Positions 30,054-42,190 of a DNA stretch of 64,000 nt are shown in pieces; position 1 is the stretch's first letter, and each line of letters starts with the position of its first letter. Made by a program: the position numbers and the translations under genes. Below the pieces are notes generated by a model that ran no database searches, was not told the DNA's origin, and was given only the letters and a program-made list of their open reading frames with translations. The DNA is from the human T2T-CHM13v2.0 reference genome, Homo sapiens. The DNA lies in NCBI RefSeq assembly GCF_009914755.1, contig NC_060934.1; one strand, 5' to 3'.

Positions 30054-30957
30054 TGAAAGAAGTAGTCAGGCGATAACCTTTGCTGGCATTCACAAAGCAA
30101 CAAGGACGTTGCTGAAGTTCATTGATGTTCCAAGTGAAACTGGTGCTCAGTTACAAGCACAAAAGAGACTTTAGGTACCAGAAATTGTTAGCAAACAACG
30201 CTGCTGCTGACCCTCTTGAGCTGCCAAGGTCAAGGCTACCCTGGGTGTGTCCTTAGAGCTGTGGTGACCCCTAGAAGGTAAGAGGGCAAAGAGCAATAAT
30301 AACAGCCACTGTTTTGAGTGTGCATTGTGTCCCAGCTCAATATCAGGTGTTAGGTCACTTAAAGCCTCAGAGCAACCTGACATGGGAAGGATTGTCCACC
30401 CATCTTGCTGATGGAGAAACTGACCCACAGGGAGAAAATGTAACTCCCAAAATCTCGCAGAAAGTCTGCATCCGAGCCTAAGGGCTTGAGCTTTAAATGG
30501 TACTGTGGTAAGACACCATTAATCTTTCATCCTCTCCTGCTCCCAGCACTTATACATGGGTGAAATGGGGTTTACAGTGCACATCGAAGCGGGGTATATG
30601 CAGGACCCGTCCCCCATTCGAAACTAGGGATGGTCATGTAGACTTGGATCTCAGAGTTGATTTGGTTGGTTTGGGGGTTCTTTTCATTTATCATAAAAGA
30701 GGGAACCTCCTCCAGTCACTGCCAAGAGCCCCGCAGGCTGTCCCCTCACTGCTCAGGAGCTTGGGCTGTCTCACTGACCTTTGGGAACACTTTAGTTCCT
30801 TCTACGTAAAATGAAGAAGAGGATTTTGTGTAGATATAAAACCTTCACTAAAGCTTTTATGTGTTAACATCTGTCCTTAAGCAACCCAAGATCAAACTCC
30901 TCATCGGGAGGAAACTTCCATATGGCTGAGGTCTTTAAACCAAGCCTCCTAATTAGA

Positions 30958-31130
30958 GTAGTGATTTGCAATCCTGGCCATACATTAGAATCATCCAGAA
31001 ACTTCATAAAAGACACTAGTGACCAGGTCTCACCCTGAAAATGTAATCAGATTGTGCTTGGATGGGCCTGGGAATGATTCTGGAAGTTATCTAGATGATT
31101 CCAATGTGCACCTCAGCTAGAGAACCCCTG
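30958..31130. mobile_element. MER5-type hAT-Charlie MITE
   Basis: acattagaatca...gatgattccaatgtgcacc...agaacccctg pattern. Confidence 0.6.
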
Positions 31131-32026
31131 ATCTAGAGGAAAAAATGGAAGAAAGCTTCTAGAACCAGGATCCGTGGTGCATGTGTCTGAGATGGAAGGG
31201 GCTGTGGTTGTGTTTGATGATTTCGTGAAGTTGGTTCATTCCAGGAAATCAAGCCCACAGGGTGGGAGGGAATGAGTAGAGGTCGCATTGGATAAGATGA
31301 TCGGTGCAGGCAATAACAACGAGAATAGGGGGTGCGGGTGTCTGCTGTCATTTGAGAGGAAAAAATTCTTATTTTTCCTGGAATTTTTATGGTATACCTT
31401 CATAATGTAAAATTTCTTAACAATGACTTATTTAACCAGTTAGAAATTAGATGCCTCCATTCTTTTTGGCTTTCACTTCCTTATTGAACTGACTGGCCAG
31501 AAAGAGAATCCATGGACTAGTTTGGCTGATTTCATTTGTTGAATCAGTCCATTATCACTGGGCTGAGGGATGGAGCAAGATGGGAATACAGAATAAAAAC
31601 ATTTTTTTTTTCATCATTTTCTGAACAAAAGTCAACTTGGAGGCTCCCCCTTTTAAATATCACTCTTCAAATGCCTCCTAGGTTTCAGCACCTCATATGA
31701 GCTGTAATGAAGAATGGGGATGGAGATTATTTCCTGGAGATGGCAATTAGAATATTAGTAAACTGTTTTTATACTGTTGACAATTCAAATATGAAAATCT
31801 CCGGGGATTGCAGAATGAATTCTCCTGATTTTTCTCCAATTTTATTACTGTAATCAAGAGAATTCAGCAATTCAGATTTGGAAATGAAAATAGAACCACA
31901 TGAATACCAAGTTTAACTTTTGTTCACGTATGCCAATGATTTTTTCAGACTTTCTGGAAAGTTCTTTATTAAGTGTGACGCCCTTAAAGTATCATGTCCA
32001 GGAACCAGTAAAATATTCATACGTAT

Positions 32027-32027
<1 letters not shown>

Positions 32028-32071
<44 letters not shown>
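32028..32071 (+). repeat. (CA)n microsatellite, about 22 units
   Basis: Read directly from the sequence. Confidence 0.97.
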
Positions 32072-32073
<2 letters not shown>

Positions 32074-32106
32074 CCCAGAGGGAAAAGAACTGAGGTGAAA
32101 TAATCT

Positions 32107-32308
32107 ATGCTGTCCAGTATGGTAGTAATAGCCACATGTGGCTATTCATATTTAAATTTAAATCAATTAAAATTAAATTCAACCAAAAATTTGGTTCTTC
32201 AATCACACTAGCCACATTTCAGTCACTCAACTTGTGCCCAATGGCTGTTTTATGGGACAGTGCAGATATAGAACATCTCCATCACTGCACAGAGTTCTGT
32301 TGGTCCAG
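32107..32308. mobile_element. MER3 DNA element
   Basis: gctgtccagtatggtag, agccacatgtggcta and ggacagtgcagatatagaacat motifs. Confidence 0.7.
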
Positions 32309-32486
32309 GCCGATATAGACTCAAAATTTGGGGAAATGCAGAGTTTCCTGTGCAGTTTATGTGAACCAAAAGAACAAAGTTAAATTCTGGACAAGACAAG
32401 GCAGAGAAATTACTCTGTACCATCTTGCCTGATTCATAGCTGTAGTGCACAATAGGAACTCAAAAATCGTTTGTTGAGCTAAAATT

Positions 32487-32830
32487 GTATCTTAGCGTGG
32501 TTGAGCTGCAAAAACAGACTAATATAGACTGGGTAGCTTATAAGCACAGAAATTTATTTCTCACTGTTCTAGAGGCGGGGAAGTCCAAGATCAAGGTGCC
32601 AGTAGATTCCGTGTCTGCTGGAACCCCTACTTCCTGGTTCGTCAATGGCCTTTTTCTCCCTGTATCCTCACATGGCAGAAAGAGGTCAAGGGAGCTCTCT
32701 GGGGTCCCTAAGACTGTGCCTTCCTGAACTAATTACCTACCAAAGGCCCTATCTCCTAATATCATCACATTGAGGGGTTAAGATTTCAACATATAAATTT
32801 TGGGAGGACAGAAAAATTCAGTCTATAGCA
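32487..32830 (-). mobile_element. MaLR solo LTR (MLT1A-like)
   Basis: agaaatttatttctcactgttctagagg..gaagtccaagatcaaggtgccag, ending ttcagtctatagca. Confidence 0.8.
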
Positions 32831-33441
32831 AATACCTTAGGCATATTCCAGAATAAGGAAGGGAAACAACATTTAGGAAACCTAATAGTGGCTCATAAGC
32901 CTTTTTCCAGAGTGCACTATTTGGGGACAAATATCTGGATAACAGAAGTTATTAATAAAGCAAATACAGTCATATCTTCATGAGGGTGGTAAACACGAGA
33001 ATCCAGTCAGTGTGCTTCCTGCTGCTCTGTCAGGACTATGATCTTGCAGATGGCGCTTTGTCCCTGAGGCAGTGCAGATGATGAATGCTTGGGGCACTAT
33101 GAGGATGTGACGCCACACACATGCCTTGGACACAGGGAGGGGCAGCAAGTGGGCTGTGCCAATGTTTACCAAACAAGAATCAAAAGGGCTGGTCTATTGA
33201 TCACCTCTTGTGTTTCTGGTTCTTTATCTTCTTATTTTAATTTTTTTTATTCTTGATCATTATCTGGTTCTGTCAGCTTTTATAGTCCTACACTGATTGG
33301 AGGACTTTTCAAAGGTTAGCAGTGGATTTAATACTAAATTTGTAAGGAAGTAGCCTGGACTTATATTTAATACAGACTCTTTGAAAGTCTGTGTTATTAA
33401 GTGCAATAGAGGATTTAATTGGTGAAATTTTCGCATATTAG

Positions 33442-33749
<308 letters not shown>

Positions 33750-34171
33750 AACAGTTTAGAATTTCTCATTTAATTATTCTGCTTTTACATTTTTCAGAAA
33801 TTTCTCGCAGTCTTCCAAAATGTAAAAACAAAGAGGTTTTCTAAGACATAGTGAAAAATACATTTCTGTGATATCTTTTAAGTTTATTTCATAATGCTTT
33901 ACTATGCACCCTCTTTGAAAGGGACAAATGTGGATTCCAATTATGGAAAAGTCGCCTGGTTATTGCTTTCTAAAGGACTGAAAAAGCTAATGGCACAAGA
34001 GAGAAGACAATACCCTAAAATTATTAAGGCAGGCCCAAAGAGCTCTTGTTGACTATACCTTTAGCGAATTCTTCAACATGCAACCACTCTTTCTCAACTT
34101 GCGTTCTTTATTTAGGAAAACTAGGAATCCAACCAAAAAGTACAAAAGCCTAGAAATAAGTGAAATCTCTA

Positions 34172-34805
34172 TGTATTTCATCCAAAAGACCACTGGGATG
34201 GCTAGATAGTAGAAAGGAGAGCTTTATTGATGATATCAGTTTGCAAACTGGGAAGAGACAGCCTCCAGCATGTGTGGAAGGTGCCCTCTCTTCCAAGAGA
34301 GGAAGGGCAGGTTGGGTTTTATGCCTCACAGGGCCTGTATCACACAGTAGAGTCATACATATTCAGTAGGTTTTGGGGGAAAGCTATCCATATTTATGAG
34401 GGGAGCTGAGCACATGCAGAATGAGTAAACATATATGTAACATACATCCCATGTTTACTTCGGGGCAGGGTTTTAGTGTTAGAATGAGGTGAAATTTGGC
34501 TCTTCATGTCAAAAGGTGAACTGTAGGACATAAACACAGTTTGTGCACCGCATCTATAAGCTGCTAAAACTGGCTTAAGGTCTGCAATTGCTTACCAGGA
34601 AAGAATGTGTGTAAGGTCAGTCTTCTGTCTAGTCAGAGTTATAGTGGTCTGGTTAGTAAATCAGGGTAAGGAGGGGGTCTCATAGCGCCTATTGTTAGGG
34701 AATTTCAATCATTAGGAATTTAGTAATTTGCCCTCCAGCCAGGCCTTGAACCCTGGACCCATCTTAGTTGATATAGGAGTGTCTATTTTGGCCCCACAGA
34801 TCACA
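34172..34805 (-). mobile_element. Solo ERV1 LTR (MER4 group; LTR36-like, subfamily uncertain)
   Basis: TG...CA termini. ctttattg (minus-strand poly(A) signal) near the left end. The reverse complement starts TGTGATCTGTGGGGCCAAAATAGAC. Confidence 0.6.
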
Positions 34806-37310
34806 TATATTCATCAGAATAGTCCGAATCTTATTTTCCTTCTTAACTTGCAATGAGTGAATATACAACGAAGTAGATGTTCATGTTCCGGCTAATTTTA
34901 GTTCATCAGCATTTTCTGGAAGCAACCAAAAGTCATATGTATTTAGACAGCTGTGATTTCTGCCAATTCAGCTTGCTTCGGGAACTGAGGGGATTCAATC
35001 TTACTTTATGCCCAAATCTGTTTGCTTGTGGCTGTTAGCATTAATCTTTTAACCTTTGATTTGCATTCATCTGAAAAGCTAGAGATGATTGTCCTTAATA
35101 ATTAGTGCCATTCTTCTGTATTTTTGCTTGGATTACCCATGAAAACTAAATGAGACTTTAATTTACTGAGTAAAGCTCTGTCATTATTTTATCAGTTCTA
35201 AAGGGCAAGCGTGATTTATTATACAAATAAAACTAAGGAATGGTTATGTGACTTGTCCTTAAATTCCTGCAGCCAAGTGGATTTGGAATTCCTTTTCTAA
35301 TCTGAGATTTATCTTCGCAGGAACCACATTGACTTGACACGCCTCACAACACAAAGGATAAATTCCATGCCCCTTTGGCTGGAATATGCTAGTAGATCTA
35401 TTTTCAGAAGTTAATCTCAGATTTGAGATATTTTAATTCTTCTTCTTATTTATTCCCTGGGATGAGTCCAGTGCTCTGCATACATTCTTAATGCTTTAGG
35501 TGAAAGAAGGATCAGGCCAAGAGAAACATTCCTCCCCATGGAACAAGGGGTGGGAAGGGATATAAGAACTCAATGTAGAGTCAGAAGATCTCAATGCTGG
35601 AATCATCCACGTTCATTTTTAGAGAAGGAAATTAGGTTCAGAATGAGAAGTGAAGGTGAAGTCTACCTGTTGACCTTGTCTTTGGTAACTAACAAATGAT
35701 TGGACCCAATGGGAACATTGCTATTTTATGCATTGGATACTTTGAAGATGAAAACTTCATTATAAACCAATGATTATTTAAGAGTTGATATTTATAAGTC
35801 ACATGTTCATAACAGCATTCCATTTGAATTGAACTGTCTATTTAAGATAAATCCAGCTGTGATAGAAGGCATGGTCTCCATTTTGAACCGGGTTTCTGAC
35901 CATATGAAACTCAAAGAAGTCTAAAAGTTTCTCTGATGTCTATCTACCATTTGCAGAAATGAAGATCAGATATTATATATTTACAAACTCCAGTGGTAAA
36001 TATATGTGGATAGACTGTATGTACAGTTAGACATGATTTAAGTTTTTGCTTCTTCCTAGATAGCTGTTTCTATTATGCTACTCTTTATAGCAATAAGAAC
36101 TTAGGAATCCCCCAACATGAACCAAGCACTGTGCTGGTAAAGAACAACAACAAAAACAGTAGAAGACACTGTGTCTGCCCTCCAGGGCCTGACAGTTGAG
36201 GTAGAGAAAGAAAATGTATTTGCTTGAAAGTAAGAGGATAGTAGGAAATTAGCATATAGTCAGAATCTATGGGGAAGGATCATGGATGATATGTTTACAG
36301 CTTAAAGGAAGAGAGCTACTGATGGACACTAGAAGTCAGGAAAGGCTTCATAGCAGTTGTAGGACTGTGGTGGAATCTTGAAGTGTGTGTAGGATATGAA
36401 CCAGAAGAGAAAAGGGATGGATTCTAAGCACAGAGAACAAGTATGACATAGTAACACTGATGACAAGTGTGAAGGGATAAAAATACATATGGTAAATTCA
36501 AGAGATATTTAATAAAGGAGTCTTGTCAGAGTTGAAGATTCATTTTGGCAAGTGGTGGAAGATGAGGCCTCATAAATGGATGATGAAAGGTCTTTGCACT
36601 GAACTAGAGTTTAAACTTAATTTCATATACAATAGAGAGCTACTGAGGCTATAATCAAAAATCTGGCATAAATAGAGTATAATCTCGTCTGTGGTATGCT
36701 ATCCTGTCTGTGATATGAAACATATGTTAAGTCCTTGTGAGTTCAGCTTTTTGTCCCAGCTAATTATCATCATTATTAAGGATTATCTTTCAAAATATCT
36801 TATAAAGTGAGGCACTGCAAAGAGAGAACGAAAAGAAACTAGAAAGCTCTGGGGTTTCAAGAAAGTTGCCAAAAGTCTGCTTATCTTCATATATCACCTG
36901 ACACTCAAACTTACATTTTGGTAACAATCCTCTGAACTGTTTATTTCCAATGTTTTTACATTTACTGTGGGGGGAAAATGCCCCCAAACGTCTTGCTAAC
37001 CCATTTAGCTTGGGGCCAATACTAGATTCATCCCATCCTCCCAAAACACTGACTGGAAAGTCAAGGACAAGGTGGCAGGCAGCTGATAGTCTATCACTTA
37101 TTATTCCTCTTATCACTTGCAGGATCTTGAATGTGTTAGACTGTTCTAATTCTCTGATCCCAAGAAAACTTGGAGGTAACTCTTTCAAGAGAAAACAATA
37201 AGGTTCTGACTGTTGAGCTAAAAACTAAAGACGCTGCTTGCTGTTGGGTTCTTTGACTCAGGGGAGAGTCCCAGGAGAAAGTCACCATGCTGATATGGTC
37301 TGTCCCACAG

Positions 37311-37484
37311 GTGGCTCCAGTGATTAAAGCCAGAATGATGGAGTATGGAACCACAATGGTCAGCTACCAACCCTTGGGAGACAAGGTCAATTTCTTCCGC
37401 ATGGTCATCTCAAACCCAGCGGCAACTCACCAAGACATTGACTTCCTGATTGAAGAAATAGAACGCCTTGGACAAGATTTATAA
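37311..37484 (+). CDS. GAD2: GAD65 last coding exon 16: [57 protein letters not shown]
   Basis: Acceptor tgtcccacag. Stop TAA at 37482-37484 is followed by a second TAA. Matches ORF 37287..37484 and the known GAD65 C-terminus. Confidence 0.98.
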   Translation: MAPVIKARMMEYGTTMVSYQPLGDKVNFFRMVISNPAATHQDIDFLIEEIERLGQDL

Positions 37485-37887
37485 TAACCTTGCTCACCAA
37501 GCTGTTCCACTTCTCTAGGTAGACAATTAAGTTGTCACAAACTGTGTGAATGTATTTGTAGTTTGTTCCAAAGTAAATCTATTTCTATATTGTGGTGTCA
37601 AAGTAGAGTTTAAAAATTAAACAAAAAAGACATTGCTCCTTTTAAAAGTCCTTTCTTAAGTTTAGAATACCTCTCTAAGAATTCGTGACAAAAGGCTATG
37701 TTCTAATCAATAAGGAAAAGCTTAAAATTGTTATAAATACTTCCCTTACTTTTAATATAGTGTGCAAAGCAAACTTTATTTTCACTTCAGACTAGTAGGA
37801 CTGAATAGTGCCAAATTGCCCCTGAATCATAAAAGGTTCTTTGGGGTGCAGTAAAAAGGACAAAGTAAATATAAAATATATGTTGAC

Positions 37888-38124
37888 AATAAAAACTCTT
37901 GCCTTTTTCTTAGTATTAGAAAAAAATTTCTAATTTACCTATAGCAACATTTCAAATGTATTTAAATACATATAATTTTACAAAAGGAAAATATATATAT
38001 TAAAAAAGATATCCTATTTTGTAACATATAGATTTTTATTTTATATAGGTTATACAAACTGCGGGGGCAGATATAAAATCTAAGCCAGATTTTTTTTCCT
38101 TTCTCTTAATGGAGGCACAATAAA
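37888..38124 (+). terminator. Candidate proximal poly(A) signals inside the 3'UTR intron
   Basis: AATAAA at 37888-37893 and 38119-38124 in AT-rich context. Usage is not provable from sequence alone. Confidence 0.5.
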
Positions 38125-39960
38125 ACACTTAGCAAAGTTATTTTGAAACATTGACCCACGAAATTCTTAAAAGGTATTATTGCTTCTTTCTATACATGTT
38201 ATGGCTTATCACATCTCTAAAGTTAGTATTTCAAGACAAACACAAAAGAATACTGCGAGTTCTTTAAAATAATTGATCCCATTGGCAGTAAGATTCTCTT
38301 CCCCTTTAAGTTTTCCGCCCATTTTACTCTTAGCGGACTCACTCTGCAAGCGTGACAAACCAGGCTTCATCTCAGATTAAATTAGGGTAATTGTCTCTAT
38401 TCTGCTTTCCAGTTCGGCCTGTTTTGAACAGAAGGTTGATGCTAGTTCTTGAGGCATCTTCCAAATAGTATTCTTTTATTAGGTCATTTGAATTAATTAG
38501 AGAAAGTAAAAATAAAACCTTATCAGCCTGAGCAAAGAGGAATGAAGCACACTCCCAGAATGTGGTGAGCCCAGAAAATTAAAGTTGGCCTTGGGAGAAG
38601 AGATCTCTGTGGGACAATAATGACATCATCCTGGCGCCATATTGCCACTGTCCAGGAAAGAGAAATTTACCTCCAGGCCAGTTGCGCATTTCCATCCCCT
38701 CCCCATTCCTCCCCACAAAGTCTCTCCCACTAGACTCCCTACCACTGGGACCCAAAATAGTTACTTTATATTCCATGGGTGGTTGTTTTTCTTCCATGAA
38801 ATGAGCCTCTCACCCTAGATTTTGAGGCATTATCTTAAGATTTTCCTTTATCCATCTCCCATTGAGATCCAAAGTGACCAGAATATGCAGAAATAATAAG
38901 ATCCTTAGAATTCAAAATAGTATTTTTAAAACATCCTTCTTTCCCTGTGAACCTGATAGAAAAACATGAGCTAACAAAAGCTTCCATAGATATTTATGGG
39001 GTCACACATCGTCAGATTCCAAGTGCTGATTGGAGAACAATAGATTGATATGCAGACTGCAAATGCAAATTTAGGAACATTCTCCATTTCTGAATGGACC
39101 AGGTAGTTCAGTACTCAGACTGCAGGTATACAAGGGAAGAGAGAAGGCCCTGCCCTTCAACGGGTAGAAATGCCCTACAATATAACATAGAGAAATGCCC
39201 TATAATATAACCACAGGATCCAGCCATCTGAAATTTTCATAAGCTTCCCCCTACATTATTTCTCCTAGGCTATATGCAAAAACAGTGATAACTTGATATG
39301 AACATGGCTTTGGGCCCTTTCTGTCTAGAAAAACAAATGGGTTCACTATGACAATCAGAAATAAACTCTTTCATCTGTCCCGCAGAATTTCATGAAGGAG
39401 TAACCTTCCATTCTAGGCTTTGTCTAATGGCCAAGCATTAGACAAAGCATTAGAAAGCAGTTCCTTTCTCAAAACTGCCTGCTGAGAATAAGCACATAGC
39501 TGCCCGACTATCCGGAGCCTCAGGCCCAAAGGTTCCACTTCAGAGACAGAGATGCTAATTGATCCAACCTGCTGTCCTTCGTGGAGAAGACAGTGGGGCC
39601 CAGTGCCCTGGTGAACCAACCCTGCTGTACTCCAGGATGCTTTATCTTTTGAGTTACAGATCCTAGATTATAAACTGCTGCTTTTTAGGTTAATGAGATG
39701 GTAAAATTTTAAAGGACAATTTGTGCCTATATATGAAATTCCAGCAAAACAATTCTAGCAACAACAATAGCTCTTCTTCCCCGCTCCCCTACCCCTTCCC
39801 AGTACTCCTTCAAATTGGCTGAGAGCCTTGCTCAGGCCTGTGCAGGGAAATCCTTACCAACTGTAGCCCAAAGAAGGAAGCAAATAAAAGCCTAGTAGGT
39901 CCCAGTAGTTTAATAAATCATCTTGAAAGGAGATGTGGAATCAGGTCAGAAGAGAGTAAG

Positions 39961-40265
39961 GGAGGAAGGGAGGGAGGGAGGAAGGGAAGGAGGGAGGGAG
40001 GAAGGAAGGAAGGAAATGAAGGGAGGGAGGGAGGGAGGAAAGGAGGGAGGGAGGAAGGAAGGAAGGAAATGAAGGGAGGGAGGGAGGAAGGGAAGGAGGG
40101 AGGGAGGAAGGAAGGAAGGAAATGAAGGGAGGGAGGGAGGGAGGAAAGGAGGGAGGGAGGAAGGAAGGAAGGAAATGAAGGGAGGGAGGGAGGGAGGAAA
40201 GGAGGGAGGGAGGAAGGAAGGAAGGAAATGAAGGGAGGGAGGGAGGGAGGGAGGAAAGAAGGGAG
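39961..40265 (+). repeat. Purine-rich minisatellite, 53-bp unit, about 5.6 copies
   Basis: The only pyrimidines are T at 40017, 40070, 40123, 40176 and 40229, an exact 53-bp period. Built from GGGA/GGAA. Confidence 0.92.
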
Positions 40266-40775
40266 ATTATTTTTAATATTAGCCCAAATTCCCAGTGCCA
40301 TGGTCTTTATGTGTGCCCATTCTTTACAAATCTTAGAAAAGTTTGGTTTTAGCTTTAATCAGAACTGACATGGCCATTTTCATTTATACAGCAATATTGT
40401 GTTTATCATTTAAAATACTTGAACAAACAAGTGTGATATGTCTTTATCTGAGACCTATACATGGTATGGACTTCATATACTGCCACAGGATGTGAGGAAA
40501 GAAAAGGAAATCAATTCTGACTGTGTTGCCTTTATTATCTGGATAATACTGTCTTGTCACCTCAGATTGGGGTTGTGCACTTTAGATCTGAACTGTACAG
40601 TGTTGCAAATCAACATGTGTTTCTGTAAAAGCTTGTACAATATATTATTGATATGTCTTTTTCTGTGTGGTAGCTGTATTGAACTTTGATATTATGAAAA
40701 CTACATTTGCATCTGTTCCTGTTCTCTCTCTCTCTCTCTTTCCTAACTATATGCCCTCCACATCGGCTCTAATAG

Positions 40776-41300
40776 AGAACATGCCCTCAGCTAAGCCCCC
40801 TACTGAGAAACTTCCTTTGAGAATTGTGCGACTTCACAAAATGCAAGGTGAACACCACTTTGTCTCTGAGAACAGACGTTACCAATTATGGAGTGTCACC
40901 AGCTGCCAAAATCGTAGGTGTTGGCTCTGCTGGTCACTGGAGTAGTTGCTACTCTTCAGAATATGGACAAAGAAGGCACAGGTGTAAATATAGTAGCAGG
41001 ATGAGGAACCTCAAACTGGGTATCATTTTGCACGTGCTCTTCTGTTCTCAAATGCTAAATGCAAACACTGTGTATTTATTAGTTAGGTGTGCCAAACTAC
41101 CGTTCCCAAATTGGTGTTTCTGAATGACATCAACATTCCCCCAACATTACTCCATTACTAAAGACAGAAAAAAATAAAAACATAAAATATACAAACATGT
41201 GGCAACCTGTTCTTCCTACCAAATATAAACTTGTGTATGATCCAAGTATTTTATCTGTGTTGTCTCTCTAAACCCAAATAAATGTGTAAATGTGGACACA
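40776..41300 (+). other. GAD2: Non-coding terminal exon (exon 17) of the spliced GAD2 3'UTR isoform
   Basis: Acceptor ends at 40775. AATAAA at 41173-41178 and 41277-41282. Predicted cleavage near ...ggacaca at ~41300. Confidence 0.8.
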
Positions 41301-41336
41301 TCTCAGCCTGTGGATAATTGTTTTGACTTTGTCTTA
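41277..41336 (+). terminator. Distal GAD2 poly(A) site (AATAAA plus GU-rich downstream element)
   Basis: AATAAA 41277-41282, CA at ~41299-41300, ttgttttgactttgtctt at ~41318-41336 and upstream TGTA motifs. Confidence 0.8.
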
Positions 41337-41698
41337 TAGTGGAGATGATTTTCAACAAATTGCTAGAATCAAAGGCCCTTCACTTGTCAAGGAGCTTAAA
41401 GTGTCTTTGGGTCTTTTGTAGGGAAAAAAAAGCTCTTCTGCAGCTGCCCACACTGTAGCTTCTGAAGGATATCTTTGTCCCACTCTGATTTCTCCTTCAA
41501 TCAGATCTGATATTTTTTTAAAAAATATTTTATTATGGAAAATTTCACATACATAAGTAGGTAGAGAAGATAGTATAAACTCCTGTGTAGCCTTCACCCA
41601 GATTCAACATCTACTGATTCTGAACCTGAATCTTGTTTCATCCATTCCCCCACCCCTCTCCCTCCCCAACACTAAATTATTTTTATCTGAACCTCTAA

Positions 41699-42190
<492 letters not shown>

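Larger units (their letters stand above)
37519..40775 (+). other. GAD2: Optional 3'UTR intron of GAD2 (3257 nt)
   Basis: Donor ctctag|GTAGAC, branch-point-like CTAAC at 40743-40747 and acceptor aatAG|agaac. The junction ...ttctctag-agaacatgccctcag... matches my recollection of a spliced GAD2 cDNA. Confidence 0.8.
37485..41300 (+). other. GAD2: GAD2 long (unspliced) 3'UTR, about 3.8 kb
   Basis: Runs from the stop to the distal AATAAA (41277-41282) with a GT-rich downstream element. The size fits the ~5.6 kb GAD65 mRNA described in brain and islets. No Alus inside. Confidence 0.8.

Noticed and set aside
31684-31704. REST/RE1 silencer half-sites (TTCAGCACC at 31684; TCCGTGGTGC near 31171)
   Set aside because: Only partial matches. 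No canonical 21-bp RE1 with a correctly spaced GGACAG half.
37287-37310. In-frame ATG (MLIWSVPQ) upstream of exon 16 as an alternative start
   Set aside because: It lies in the branch-point/acceptor region of intron 15 and there is no evidence for an internal promoter.
39918-40301. 127-aa Pro/Ser/Leu/Phe-rich ORF on the minus strand
   Set aside because: It is an artefact of the stop-free pyrimidine strand of the 53-bp minisatellite.
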